A stretch of DNA of 64,000 bases from the NCBI GenBank assembly GCA_050575255.1, contig JBNZDD010013522.1, positions 822,116 through 886,115 of the forward strand, in the 5' to 3' direction. Position 1 is the stretch's first letter, and each line of letters begins with the position of its first letter. Below are positions 51,901 to 62,225 of the stretch, in pieces. The stretch comes from Harriotta raleighana. Taxonomy: Eukaryota. The position numbers were made by a program, and so were the translations under genes. The notes beneath the pieces were generated by a model that made no database searches, was not told the origin of the DNA, and was given only the letters and a program-made list of their open reading frames with translations.

Positions 51901-52194
51901 GTGGGGGGCTCCAAGCTACCCGTGGTGCTGAGGGACCTCAACGGTAACCAGGACGGCGAGCAGGAGCTGAAGTTGGCGGAGACCTTGAGCGAGGCCATTC
52001 TGCCGGGAGGAGGAGAGGGAGAAGGAGGTGGAGGTGGTGGTGTGGTGAACGGAGACAGCTCTTTGCCCAACGGCACCGAGCCCGAAGGCTACCAGATCCC
52101 AAACCAAAAGACTGGAGACGCCAAAGAGAGTTTGTCGGAAAACCGCGAAACAATGGGAACGACTGAAACCATTGAGGTTAAAGAACAATCATGA
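10684..52194 (+). CDS. SETD3: SETD3, actin-histidine N-methyltransferase (SET domain + Rubisco LSMT substrate-binding domain); spliced CDS of 12 coding exons, 610 aa
   Basis: Exons joined by hand read MGKKSRVKTQKSGGGATSAISTKEIMNLITELLQKCSNP...WAVSSVMTRQNQIPTEDGSRVTLALIPLWDMCNHTNGLITTGYNLEDDRCECVALQD...IYIFYGTRSNAEFVIHNGFF...LPKYEESN...EQS*. All introns are GT-AG and phases are compatible. Coding lengths 103,93,149,73,257,59,115,75,167,86,161,495 sum to 1833. Confidence 0.98.
10790..10888 (+). mobile_element. Second Penelope-like terminal fragment (degenerate hammerhead) abutting the coding-exon-1 donor
   Basis: AGTTCTGATGAATGGTTGTGGTCTTCGAACGTTGACTCACTTTCCTTTTTCCATAGATGCTGCCTGACCTGAGTATTCCCAGCAATTTCTGTTTTTG; about 80% identical by eye to the reverse complement of 9407-9510. 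Confidence 0.75.
13208..13300 (+). CDS. SETD3: SETD3 coding exon 2
   Basis: (K)CSNPSTAPGKEWEEYVQIRGLVEKIRKKQK; ttgaag| acceptor, G|GTATTT donor; 93 nt. Confidence 0.97.
13412..13645 (-). mobile_element. SINE 3' half (Deu core + L2-like tail)
   Basis: cttgcatttgat...gagacgtctcaaagcact...cagccaattgcgcacagcagtgtcccacaaacag. Confidence 0.8.
13913..14135 (-). mobile_element. L2 3' tail remnant
   Basis: ctatagtgcctttcac...gtcccaaggtgct...gtcttgaggagggacttgaaggagg. Confidence 0.6.
14140..14660 (+). mobile_element. CR1-clade LINE ORF2 (reverse transcriptase C-terminal) fragment
   Basis: Broken frames give LQEDID..VKWADTWQ..FNVEKCKLLYFGRKN, VKKAFRILGF and LYKTLVRPQLEYCVQFWAP; ends about 75 nt upstream of coding exon 3. 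Confidence 0.9.
14737..14885 (+). CDS. SETD3: SETD3 coding exon 3
   Basis: (G)LSVVFDGNRDDHFAELMEWGADCGASTEGFEITYFTEEGYGLKATKDIK; ttctag| acceptor, |GTTTGT donor; 149 nt. Confidence 0.97.
14918..15243 (+). mobile_element. Full-length tRNA/Deu/L2-tail SINE
   Basis: tRNA-like head ggagtcctgtagcgcaatggttcgagcac..., core gtttgtgggacactgctgtgttcaattggctgccgc, tail gaaaagcgctatatt...(tta)n. Confidence 0.9.
15366..15690 (-). mobile_element. L2 LINE 3' fragment
   Basis: Minus ORF SGLLHVPRPTRPPIGGWAFSLFAPIFWNSIP resembles the L2 C-terminus at about 7050-7150; (caa)n tail. Confidence 0.8.
18060..18345 (-). mobile_element. SINE copy, internally deleted
   Basis: (taa)n tccttg tail; head ctctcgcttgtgaggcgagtgcactcaacactacgctacaggac. 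Confidence 0.85.
18562..18890 (+). mobile_element. Full-length tRNA/Deu/L2-tail SINE, close to family consensus
   Basis: A box TGGCTCAGTGG, B box GTTCGAATCC, core ctgctgtgcgcaattggctgccgcgtt, tail gtgaagcgctttgggacg...tgcaagga(tta)n. Confidence 0.92.
19569..19641 (+). CDS. SETD3: SETD3 coding exon 4
   Basis: AEELFLWIPRKMLMTVESAKNSVL(G); tattag| acceptor, |GTGAGT donor; 73 nt. Confidence 0.97.
19930..20248 (+). mobile_element. SINE, second subfamily with a different linker (agtcgattggtgga...)
   Basis: ctgtagctcagtggttagc head; aagcgttttgagacgtc...aaggcgctctatcaaatgcaag tail; linker shared with 53683-54060 and 56620-56890. Confidence 0.8.
21407..21663 (+). CDS. SETD3: SETD3 coding exon 5
   Basis: PIYAQDRILQAMGNITLAFHLLCERSTPNSFWLPYIKTLPAEYHTPLYFEEEEVHYLQSTQAIHDVFSQYKNTARQYAYFYKLIQ; atccag| acceptor, |GTGAGT donor; 257 nt. 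Confidence 0.98.
22940..23250 (-). mobile_element. CR1-type 3' end remnant
   Basis: tagaattatataac...ttcggcccatcgtgtctgtactggct...gcttccactaccttttcaggc...ttccagatcccaacaactcgctgagtgaaaa. Confidence 0.65.
30915..31130 (+). mobile_element. SINE 3' half
   Basis: aataataaaattggtcatttcaatcc...gctgctgtgcgcaattggctgccgcgtttcgcccacaaatat...aaatgcaagga(tta)n. Confidence 0.9.
33885..34200 (+). mobile_element. Old Deu-domain SINE
   Basis: ttcagatgagacattaaactgagg...tatttgaaaagagaagggagtttctc...gtcctggccaa...ggtcattcact...gctgtttgcggg. Confidence 0.7.
36265..36630 (-). mobile_element. Old Deu-domain SINE with its own tRNA-like head
   Basis: aacatctcatccaa...gtgtcagcctaga...cttgaacccacatccttctgacctagaggcaagagtgc. 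Confidence 0.65.
40071..40129 (+). CDS. SETD3: SETD3 coding exon 6
   Basis: THPNASKLPLKESFTFDDY(R); long CT tract then cccag| acceptor, |GTTGGT donor; 59 nt. Confidence 0.96.
42004..42118 (+). CDS. SETD3: SETD3 coding exon 7 (SET core, WDMCNH motif)
   Basis: WAVSSVMTRQNQIPTEDGSRVTLALIPLWDMCNHTNGL; gtgcag| acceptor, |GTGAGT donor; 115 nt. Confidence 0.98.
42925..42999 (+). CDS. SETD3: SETD3 coding exon 8
   Basis: ITTGYNLEDDRCECVALQDYKQGDQ; ttgtag| acceptor, |GTAGGC donor; 75 nt. Confidence 0.97.
45093..45420 (+). mobile_element. Full-length tRNA/Deu/L2-tail SINE
   Basis: ctcctgtagctcagtgggttagagc head to tgcaagga(tta)n tail. Confidence 0.9.
46144..46330. other. Assembly gap (187 N) next to a G run
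   Basis: Run of n. Confidence 1.
47018..47152 (-). mobile_element. SINE 3' tail
   Basis: aataatccttgcattttgatatagcggcttttcacg...gggcgaaacgcggcagccaattg. Confidence 0.85.
47535..47701 (+). CDS. SETD3: SETD3 coding exon 9
   Basis: IYIFYGTRSNAEFVIHNGFFFNNNSHDRVKIKLGVSKSDRLYAMKAEVLARAGIP(T); tttcag| acceptor, |GTAAGT donor; 167 nt. Confidence 0.98.
49787..49872 (+). CDS. SETD3: SETD3 coding exon 10
   Basis: SSVFALHCSEPPISAQLLAFLRVFCMTE; tgtcag| acceptor, |GTAAAA donor; 86 nt. Confidence 0.97.
50470..50715 (+). mobile_element. Old Deu-domain SINE fragment
   Basis: tctaggctgacactccagtgcagt...gaatgagatgctaaaaccgag...aaagatcccataactattcaaaaagagaagggagtttctcccagtgctttggccaa. Confidence 0.7.
50856..51016 (+). 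CDS. SETD3: SETD3 coding exon 11
   Basis: (D)ELKEHLVGEHAIDKIFTLGNSEFPVSWDNEIKLWTFLETRAALLLKSYKTTSE; ttgcag| acceptor, |GTAAGT donor; 161 nt. Confidence 0.97.
51700..52194 (+). CDS. SETD3: SETD3 last coding exon, to the TGA stop
   Basis: VDVSLLEKPELLYHTRMAIQLRSAEREILERGVKSAASKRENF...APLPKYEESNIAMLENSVGGSKLPVVLRDL...VVNGDSSLPNGT...VKEQS*; ctccag| acceptor; part of ORF 51628..52194. Confidence 0.96.
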   Translation: MDVSLLEKPELLYHTRMAIQLRSAEREILERGVKSAASKRENFTTLQDKDAPLPKYEESNIAMLENSVGGSKLPVVLRDLNGNQDGEQELKLAETLSEAILPGGGEGEGGGGGGVVNGDSSLPNGTEPEGYQIPNQKTGDAKESLSENRETMGTTETIEVKEQS

Positions 52195-53393
52195 AAAGGG
52201 ACGAGAGAGGTGGAAAGGGAAAGCCAGGTTTTCCTGTGGCGAACCGGTGTGAAATGCGGAATGGAAACCATGTGAACCATTTACCCTGACTGAAAGTGGA
52301 GCACATTTTTGATCATGTCCTCTAATGACAAAGACAAAGAGAGAGAGAGAAAGATAGGGAGAGGGAGAGAGAGAGAGAGACACGACAAGGTGACATTCAA
52401 ATGGCATTTTAGGTCACAAGAGCAGTCTTTCCAGTTTAACACAAAAATGTAAGTTTATTTAAAAAGAAGTGGTCTTAAACTAGATTATTGCTGATGTTTG
52501 GCTTGTCTGTCAGAGTTTCTGTCAGTGTTAGTTACAGAAATTGGAAAGGATGCAAATCAGTTTCAGTGACTAACTTTTTTTTGGGGGGGCAGGGAAATGG
52601 GGTTTTATTATTTTATTTCTTTAAAGAAAACGGGTGAGTTGTTTTTTTTAGAGGGTGGGGTGGGTGGGTGGGGAGGCGGGGGGGAAAGAAGAAAAACCTT
52701 CAAAGCAATAGTGGGAAAAAAACTGTTACACTTGTGTTACTGTAAATTAGGTTGTGCTTCAGATTGTCACGCAATTTATTGTTTGGTACGTGGCTTTTTT
52801 TTGTTAAAAGAAACATAATGCACTAAAAGCATGACTCATTTCAACATTTATGTGTCTGAAGAGCTTCCGGAGGGGAGTGAAGATTTGTACAGTCAGGAAC
52901 TAGGCCCCCAACCCCCCACCACCCACCCACCCACAGNTACGTGGCTTTTTTTTGTTAAAAGAAACATAATGCACTAAAAGCATGACTCATTTCAACATTT
53001 ATGTGTCTGAAGAGCTTCCGGAGGGGAGTGAAGATTTGTACAGTCAGGAACTAGGCCCCCCACCACCCACCCACCCACACCCCCCACCTCCCCACCCCAT
53101 CTGGGCTGACTATTCTAAACAGGTGACTGCTATTTCTAAATTGGTTTCTTATTAATGAGTAGAATATTCCAGTAGCGGTTGAGTGAGTGACTAGGTCTCT
53201 GGCAAACCCAAACTGTCGGGACTCACCAAATCTGTCTTGCTACAAATTCTTTGTAAATCACTTGACGCGATTGGACGATTGGGGAGGGTCACAAAGAATT
53301 TCCAATCAAGTCTTCCATTCAGGGGAACTACTTCCCAACTAAAGTCACATCAAACAGACATGGACATGCAAAGCCTTTCATCATCACAAGCTG

Positions 53394-53396
<3 letters not shown>

Positions 53397-53437
<41 letters not shown>
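53397..53437. repeat. (CA)n microsatellite downstream of the stop (probable 3' UTR)
   Basis: Roughly 18-20 CA units. Confidence 0.95.
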
Positions 53438-53438
<1 letters not shown>

Positions 53439-53679
53439 TCCTGAGCATGTCTGACTTTACAGTTCTCTGAAATGAATGGGTTTCTGTACAGTTGTGATTT
53501 TGTAATTCCACCTTGTGTAGAGCTTGGGAGAGAGAGCATTTTTGCCTCAAAATGTAAGGAGGCACAGATTTGTGGAGAATCCTTACTTTCAGTCTTTCAT
53601 TTAAAAGCTTCTCTCTTTCTGAAAAAATATGGAAAGTTCGATTTTAAATATTTCCCACGATGCTGCGTGATCTTGCCTA

Positions 53680-54062
53680 GAGTCCCGTAGCCTAGAGGTT
53701 AAAACACAGTCGCCCTACAAAGCGAGAGGACCCAGGTTCGATTCCTGGGCGGGCGAGGTGAATCCCTAGTTAAGTCTCCTTACTCCACGCACCTCTGTAT
53801 ACCGAGCAGGAAGTAGGAAGCTGAATGTTAGTCGATTGGTGGAATGTTTCTCATGGGTAACAATCCCCCTCTGCTCACTCCCCCCACAAAAAAAAATCAC
53901 TCAATTCACGACTGTTATGCGAGACACACCTGTGTGCAATTGGCTGCTGCATTTCTCCCACAAAATACAGTCAGTCCACTTCACCATACACTCTGCGAAG
54001 CGCTTTGAAATGTCTGACTGACATGATAAGGCGTTGTCTTAATATGCAAAGATCATTATATT
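53680..54062 (+). mobile_element. Full-length SINE (second subfamily), possibly within the 3' UTR
   Basis: gagtcccgtagcctagaggttaaaac...ggttcgattcctgg head, gtgtgcaattggctgctgc core, aagcgctttga tail. Confidence 0.82.
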
Positions 54063-55191
54063 TTAAGGAAATCTGTCTTTTCAAAATCAGACCAGGTGGA
54101 ATTTCAGAGTTGTTTGTGTGTGTCTGGTGCACACGCTGCCAGTTAGGGAGACGGATGTGAATATTTTGTGTCGTCCCCCCCCACCCCCCACAAGCACTTC
54201 AGTACTCGATAACTGAACTCTGCAAAATGAATGTTTATTTGTATGATGCTCTGAACGGGTTATTATTTTATGGTCTCACAAGTGCGGAGCTTTAGCTGGT
54301 GATCCATAGAACACAAGTGTATATTTACCCTTTCCTGACACCTCACCTAACCCAAGTAATTGGTCTTGTAATCCTCAAGTGCGATTTACACTTGTTTGCT
54401 TACACCCTCACCTGTAAATTTGCTCTGCTCGAATCCTGGATCAATCTGTCATTGTTAGCTGGGTCACAAGTAACAAGCCAGTGACTGGTTGGGTTGAAAT
54501 TGGAACAGAGGGAAAGGCCATTCAACTCTCGACACAAAGAGAAAAGCACCAGCATTTTTTTATAGCACGATTCTCAACATGAACATCGTTCAAGCCTAAA
54601 ATGTTTGGGTTTTTAAACCTTAACCCTCTCAACTCCCAGTGAAGAGAAATTCTCTCATCACAAGTTAGACTGGAGTATAATACTTGAGTGAATCTATGCC
54701 TGAACTCTTGTTGCTTGTGCATGTTGAGTTGGGAGGTGGGTGGAAGGGGAAGGGGTCAAGATATTGTGGATACATAACTAGCCTGGACACTTTTCCCAAC
54801 TCAACTCCGAACAGACTGAATTTGGAAATAATCAAGAGACTCTCTTATGTTGCTTCTACTTTTGATTGATGGATGGATTCAGGGGGAAGGAAATTCACAG
54901 TTTTCCTGGATTAAGGAATCTCCACTGAAGAGCGGTTGCCCAGGTTGAGTTTGCATCACCTGTGATATTGAATGGTTAGTTTATATTACAGGCGAGTACG
55001 CTGCTATTAATTAGTTGTTTCGAGAACCTAGAAAGCCATATTTGGGGAGGCAAAAAATGTCTTTGGGCAGGAACGGATTAACCTTTAGGTCAATGTACGT
55101 GTGTGTGTGTGTCCCGATTTAGATTCATACATGCGAGTTGTGGGATTTACACCAACCCTCTGCACTGTTGATTACAATGTTTTTATCTGAC

Positions 55192-55197
55192 ATTAAA
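55192..55197 (+). terminator. Candidate polyadenylation signal (ATTAAA) for SETD3; would give a 3' UTR of about 3 kb
   Basis: ATTAAA in a U-rich context downstream of the stop; no transcript support. Confidence 0.25.
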
Positions 55198-56275
55198 TGT
55201 TAATTTCACCCTTTCAGGAGTGAAGGGAGTATTTTTTTACTTCCTGGTCAAGGAATATTTTTCGTTTCACACGAGCGAGCGATTTTGCATCTGAAATGTT
55301 TACGCCAGACCAGATTGTATTGTTTAATTGAAATACAAAAGTACGGAAATACTTTTGTTGCTTTATGTTTTATTGGTTTTTCGAACAAAGGTGTGGAGAA
55401 GGATAAAGTAAAGGTGTGCTTTTTTTTAAGTAGGACAAGTATGTCAGCAATCCCCCCCCTCTCAAAAACATTTTTATTTAGAGCAGTCAAGTGAAGAGAA
55501 ACACCACAGAGGTGTGTGGGCTGAGTGAACGCAACTTTTATTTTTCTCCACATCGAACGAACGTTGTCGCATTTGGTCTGCCTGTGACTGCTCACTATGG
55601 ACAATGGAATCCAATTAAACAGCTTGCTTACAAAACAAAGTTTGTTTGCACTTTTTTTTTGGCGTGGAAGAGGAAGCAATAGTTTTTCCTTTGCTGCTTT
55701 GATTTTCGTTTGTAGATTGCGAGTCTGGGCTAGTTCCCGTCTCTTTGTCTGGGGAGATGACAGAAGTTTTGCTCTGATCCACAAGACCACACAACGTGAG
55801 TGAACTAAAGTGGGACGAATACCTTAAACCCATTTTGCCACTGTTTTGTGTACGCCGGCTCATTTTAGTTCCGATTCAAGGAGAATGCTAATAATAAGAA
55901 TAACAGCAGCAATAATAGTGTTTGGAGAAGCTTTGCATGCTTTGAAGCCAATAATGTGTTTTCTAAAAAGCCACTATTAATCTCATCCATTAACATGATC
56001 AGGAAGCATCAGCAACAAGCAGAGAATCAATCGAGTTCTCAACACACTTGAAAATATTGCAAAGCGCGCCCTGAAACAGAGACTGTTTTCCTCACGTTTG
56101 TCTTTGCTGGCAAGCGAAGTAGAGCTCACTGAGACCACAGTGTGCTTGGAGGCAATGAACTAGGCACGTTAGTGGGTGTATGCGTGGTGGCCAGTGACTG
56201 CTGATCAAATTATTCCAGTGCAGCTCAGGCCTCTGCCTATTCTTGGCTCTTCATATCTATGAGGATATGTACTCG

Positions 56276-56890
56276 TGGAGTCCTGTAGCTCAGTGGTTCG
56301 AGCACTCGCCTTACAAGTGAGAGACAAGCATTCAATTCCAAGGCAGGTCAGGACGAAACCTTGGGCAAGTTTCCTTACACACACTTCTATTAATAATCCC
56401 CCCCCCCCCCAATAATAAATTGGTCATTTCAATCCACAACTGTTTGTGGGGGACGCTGCTGTGAGCAATTGGCTGCCTTATTTCACCCACAAATATACAG
56501 TCAACTCACTTTACAGAAATCTTGAAAAGCGCTATATAAAATGCAAGGATTATTATTATATTTTAGTTTGTCTTCGCTTAAATCTGTGACAATTCATCTT
56601 TCAGTAAAGCAATATGTGAAGTTCTGTAGCTCAGTGTTTAGATCACCTGCCCTGCGCACCCCCTCAGGCGAGAGACACGGGTTCGATTCCTGGCAGGGCG
56701 AAACGTTGGGCCAGTTTCCTTACTTCAAACTTCTCTGTTTGTAGTAAGTAAGAACTCAGCGGTTAGTCGATTGACAGATTCCTTTTCCTTTTTTAAAACA
56801 AAAAAACCCCCAAAGTCTACACTTTATCATCAACTCCCATGAAGCATTTTGAGATGTTTCACATCGAGTGGCTTTAAAATGCAAGACTAT
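56276..56890 (+). mobile_element. Two tandem SINE copies (56276-56560 and 56620-56890)
   Basis: Two heads (ggagtcctgtagctcagtggttcgagc; ttctgtagctcagtgtttaga...gggttcgattcctgg), each followed by a tail. Confidence 0.85.
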
Positions 56891-57971
56891 TCCCATGGTC
56901 ATTGGGAAAGACAAGATGGGTGAGTTGAGTTTTATAATGGATGGGAAATTATTTTGTGCTCTCGTAACTATCGCTAACAGAATTGGTTCAGGGAGTTGGG
57001 GGAGGTGAAAAAGTTGAATTTTTTAATATATATATATAAATATATATGCCAAAGAATTTCAATGACCCAAAAAATAAATCGTTGGATAAAGCCATCGAAT
57101 TTAATGATGTCCAGAGGAAGAATAATGCAAATCTTGGAACTAGTTCCTGCTGAACGGAGATGATTCGGGCTCTACAGAATTGTCCTTCAGTTGGACTATA
57201 CTTTAATAATTGTAATAATCCTTGCAACATCTCAAAGCACTTCTTCGCAGAGTACACTGTAAAGTCAATTGTATTTTTTTGAGGGGCAAATATTTAATTT
57301 TAAATACTCTTAGCAAATGCAGATTTTTCTTTTTTTTAATATAAAAAAAGATCAGATGCCATTGTCCTGAGCTGGTAAATAGAAAAGAATTTTCTACGTG
57401 TGCTAGAAAATGTGATTTTGCGCTGGCCATCTAAACTGCTGGAATTGTCTTTTCACTCTTCCATCTGTGGCTTTCGCAGAGATAAAGAGAATACATAAAG
57501 TGTCCGCTGCAAAACAGATGGGATTATCTCTCTCTATCGTGGTGTTTGGCCATGTATCTCTATGAAAGCTGAACCTCTCGGGGAGGAGGGGGAGTGTAAA
57601 GTGGGTCAAATGCCATGTTTGAACTGGTCACCAGAGAATCCTTAAGTTGTTGGATTTTGTACTTGTCCCTGGTATTTCTATTAATTCTAATAACGGTCTG
57701 TTATAACATTGGTGCGAAGGGAGAGTAGAGCGATTACATAGACTTTATTATCAATTGTAACTTGTGGGATGGGAACAGTGATGGAGGCTTTTGTAGTGGA
57801 AAGAAAAAGGGCAAACGTTTGACACCAATCTGGACAGTAAGGAAAGGTGTCAGATATGAACTGGGGTCTAAAGGTTCAAATAACTTTACGAGACAATAAA
57901 ATCTCGATAATCTGACATGGTGAGGTCCACAAACCTGATGGATTTTGGAGTTTGCTGGTATTTAGCAGCTA

Positions 57972-58340
57972 CCTGGAGCTCAGTGGTTAGAGATCTCACC
58001 TTACAAGCGTGTGACCTGTGTTCAAATCCAGGCAAGTCAGGGCGAAACCTTGGGCAAGTTTCCTTACTTCACACACATACACACACACACACACACGCGA
58101 GTGCGCGCCTAGTGATAATCCCTCAAAAAAAAACACCAAAAAAATTTGCTCATTTCAACCCACGACTGTGTGTGGGGGGGGGGAACGCTGCTGTGCTCAA
58201 TTGGCTGCCGTGTTTCGCCCACAAATATATGCAGTCAATTCACTTTACAGTATATTCTGTGAAGCGCTTTGAGACACAGTCTAGAAGACGTGAAAAGCCG
58301 CTATATCAAATGCAAGGATTATTATTATTATTATTACAGT
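57972..58340 (+). mobile_element. Full-length SINE with an internal (CA)n expansion
   Basis: cctggagctcagtggttagag head; Deu core; (tta)n tail. Confidence 0.9.
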
Positions 58341-58682
58341 ATTAATATTATCTGGAAATGGCTGGAGAAGCTCTGCCCCTAACACTATGTGGGCTGTAAA
58401 CACTCACTGAAGCCAAAACACTGCTCGATCTCCACCCACAGCGCCGGATGACACAGTGGCCAAACAGGGAACTGTTCCCAGGCAGGCAGCGCAACACCTC
58501 AGGCAGGTTGCCTTCCTGCACACACACACCTACCTGCTTTCCCAGCAGTAAGTAGGAACCCGGTTGTCTTGTCGACTGTCGGATCACTTTCTGGGATTAA
58601 TGATCCCTGTTGATAAATGAATGAATCAATAAAAATTTGGTCGTTTAATCCACAAGTGTTTGTGGGACACTGCTGTGTGCNC

Positions 58683-58713
<31 letters not shown>

Positions 58714-60239
58714 AAACCCAGTTCATTAGATTTTTAAATGAAAAAAAGAGAGCAGTGCTAATAATAATCCTTGTATTTGCTGGAGAGGCTTATCACGTTG
58801 TGGAAACGTCTCAAAGTGCTTCACAGCACACACCGTGTAGTGGAGTGACTGTACATTTTGTGGCATAACGATGGAGGTAACAGCTGGGTCCAGGAAAGGA
58901 TGTGGGGTACGGGACTAGTTGCTGCTACACTTGGTTTCAACAGACCCAAGTTGGAGGGGAGAATCGACCAGCGTTTCTGCTCCCAATGGGTCACCTGCAC
59001 CACATTAATCCACGCCCCCCCCCCCTCGCCTCCGTCGGTCCCCAGCCAAGTGTGCAGGCGATGGTTTGTGGACAGGATTGGATTGATTGGGAGCCCAGGC
59101 TGCTCACTATCAGGTACATTAACCCAGGTTTGGGCCGAGCTGTTGGGAGGATGCTTGCTCGTGCTTGTGCTCCTTGAACGAAAGAAGGAAAGAAAGAAGG
59201 AAAGAGAGAGAAAAAAAACAGTCACCAAAACCACCTTTAGAAAATTGGCCAGAAAGAAAAGAAATGAGCTGCTAACTCCCACTTGAGTTTGTGCAGCGCT
59301 CGGTGTCCACGTCTCATCTCTGGAGGCTGACATGTTGAGCTTGTGTTTCGTGGGAAGGTGTGAATCGACAGCCAGGTGGTAGAACGGCAGGGCGTCTCGC
59401 TGAATAATGCATCAGAGGCTGCCATTGCAAGGTATCGGACCCCAGAGAGCCAAATTCAGGGGGACTATTATCCAGAGAGGAACGCGCTTTCATTCCTCCC
59501 AGCTTCTTGGTTCCCCAAATCCACACACAAAAAAAAAATCCCTGTTAAGGCAAGGCAGTGATCTGCCACATCTTAACGTCACCAGCCCACGGAAGTGGTC
59601 AAAGTCAAGTCACTCACTCTCGCAGCTTCTGATCTCGAAAGAGCTGCACGTCCACGATAAGCGCTCAGATCAGGAAGTTCACTGTGTAGGGAGTACATAT
59701 AACACAGAAAGTATGTTTCTTTACCCCTCCCATTATATCCTCCTGTGTGATATACTCTTATCTATATTTTGCCCCATAAAATATACAGTCATTTTTCAAC
59801 TTTACAACTATATTCTTTGAAGCGCCTTTGAGATATCTGAACGAGTGAAGCTGGGAATTACAAAGGGTTTGGATAAAAAAAGGAATGAGACAAATTTCTC
59901 CCAACTAATAGAATTGAGGGTTATTAGGTTTCGATGTAAATGCCTGGAGGGAAACTTGAGGGAAAGTGAGCTCAATCAATCATTGGTTTAGTTTGTGTCT
60001 ACTCTTTTGTTACTGCCACATAACTAGATCCGTTGACGAGCAGCCCAGCAGGCCATGGTTAGGGCTTCCAATGATACCCAGTGCGACCATATACCCGGAG
60101 ACGTGAATATGGGAACATCAGTAAAAACTAAGAGGAACTTGATAGAGGTTATATTCAAGAGCTCAAAGATCTAAGTGTGCCCTCTCCCTCTCTCTCTCTC
60201 GCCTCTATTTCTCCTCAATGGATTCCCTGAACGTCCTAC

Positions 60240-60465
60240 AATAATAATAATCCTTGCATTTGATGTAGCGGCTTTTCACGTCTTATCGACGTCTCAAAGG
60301 GCTTCCCAGAATATACTGTAAAGTGAATTGACTATATATATATTTGTGGGCGTAAACGTGGCTGCCAATTGCGCACAGCAGCGTCCCCCCCCCCACACAC
60401 ACAGTCGTGGGTTGAAATGACCAATTTTTATTATTGTGGTTTTGTTTTTGGAGGGATTATTATTA
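60240..60465 (-). mobile_element. SINE 3' two-thirds
   Basis: (taa)n tccttgcatttgat...ctgccaattgcgcacagcagcgtcc...gaaatgaccaattttattattg. Confidence 0.88.
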
Positions 60466-61285
60466 ACAACAGCAAAATTACTTTTCTACAGCGCCTTTCA
60501 CGTCAGGAGGATGTCCCTGGACATACACATTTTATGTTCCAATTGCCCCGAGAGGCAGTAACCAGACTAAAGGTGTCATTGCCAACACATCCAGTAAACA
60601 ATAATATAGTATAGACAGTATATTACCAAGAAGCGCTTTGAGACACAGTCTAGAAGACTTGAAAAGCCACTGTATTAAATTGAAGGATTATTATTATAAT
60701 AATTATTATTATTTTGAGTAACGTACAGCCAGCTATACCAGGAAATAAAGGGTTTTGTTGTTGCAGTAAGATTGCTGGATGCTAATTTAATTGTCTTGTT
60801 TTGCTAATTTATTTTCTACCTTCATCGGCCCCTCAACTGCTCAGGGAAGGTAAGATCATGCCCCCGAATCCTCGGTGAATCACCAAACCATTGCAATCCC
60901 CCTCTCCCCCCCACCCCCCAAAAAAAAACCACAACCAAAAATGTTACAGTCACAGATACCACGTGTCGACATTAATGCTTGACTTCCACTGTTTGAATGC
61001 ACTTACGGGTCACACACACACACACACACACGATGTGAAGAGTTTAGTCTGTTCTGGAGCAGGTGAGACATCCTTGGAGCCACCGAGTTGATTATCGAAG
61101 CTCACATTTCCAATCTTACTCCACAGGGAAGCGTTGCTGGTTCTCTCACCCTCCGAGCCACGTGGCAATCAAGCTCACACTCCTGTGACCGACACATTCT
61201 CTGTGGTCCTAAGCGAGACCTTTTTTGTGAATCAGGAAAGGTCTTTGCACCTAGAGGGGGAAGGAAACTTGGTTGTAAACCCAAC

Positions 61286-61333
<48 letters not shown>

Positions 61334-62094
61334 TCTCGTCTCTACAAGCCTTGGCTCTCACCTCACACTTTCCAGAATTAGGTCAATGGTGCGTCCCTCC
61401 GGGGAGAGGGAGAGGGAGAGAGAGGGGGGGGGGCACAGTCCATTCCAACAATCTATCTCTGGGATTTCCATGTGTAGGTGCGATGCAGGGAATTCTGTGG
61501 AGTTCGTTTTGGATCGCCTCGAACACAGTGATGGGTTTCCGCGTGTGTCAGAAGAAAAATAAATGGAGACAATGCATTTATTTCCTATCTCCATTTGATC
61601 GGCAATGTGTGTTTTGACACTGTTAGCGTCAGTGTTTATGGAATCAAAGCTTTTCTAATTCCCAGCAATATTGTTACAGGATACAGGAGCTTACATCAGC
61701 ATTGCTCTCCGGGATTTCTGAAGAGTTTTTTTTTTTCCTTTGGGTGGGGGAGGGAAGTGGGGTTGGAAATAAATTGACATGTTATATTGAGTTGGGAGTA
61801 AATGATTTATCCCGTAATCCACCGAAAACCCGAGCCTCAAATTAAAAAAATAAATATTTACAAATTGACAAACGCAGGAATTCACAGGGTCAAAAAGAAA
61901 ACAATTTAAAAAATCATTATTAATTGCAAATTATTTTTTCTGTGCATTCGCGAGGCCAGGAAATCAAGGTAGGAGGGTGGGGGGGGGGTTGGGGGAAGGG
62001 GGTTGGAGTTGAGCTATAGATCAGCCTTGATTTTATAGAGTGGTNAATCATTATTAATTGCAAATTATTTTTTCTGTGCATTCGCGAGGCCAGG

Positions 62095-62225
62095 ATATCA
62101 AGGTAGGAGGGTGGGGGGGGGGGTTGGGGGAAGGGGATTGGAGTTGAGCTATAGATCAGCCTTGATTTTATAGAGTGGCGGGACAGGCTCGAGGGGCTGA
62201 ATGGCCTCACTCCTGTTCCTATGCT
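62095..62225 (+). mobile_element. CR1-type 3' tail; a similar tail lies at 38600-38670
   Basis: gagttgagctatagatcagccttga...ggctcgaggggctgaatggcctcactcctgttcctatg. Confidence 0.75.

Noticed and set aside
52851-52893. Hammerhead-like CTGAAGA-GCTTCC-GGAG-GGGAGT-GAA
   Set aside because: GAAG replaces GAAA and no compatible stem III with an NUH cleavage site can be formed; likely chance
52787-53080. Tandem duplication of about 150 bp in the 3' UTR region
   Set aside because: The junction is a single N (52937); probable scaffolding artefact
55248-55790. 180-aa minus-strand ORF
   Set aside because: Lys/Phe-biased translation of A/T-run-rich DNA with no recognisable homology
58821-59333. 142-170 aa ORFs on both strands
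   Set aside because: Driven by low-complexity GA and C tracts and SINE remnants; no recognisable protein family
61912-62178. Tandem duplication of about 132 bp
   Set aside because: The junction is a single N (62045); the near-identical copies are probably two haplotypes or a contig overlap
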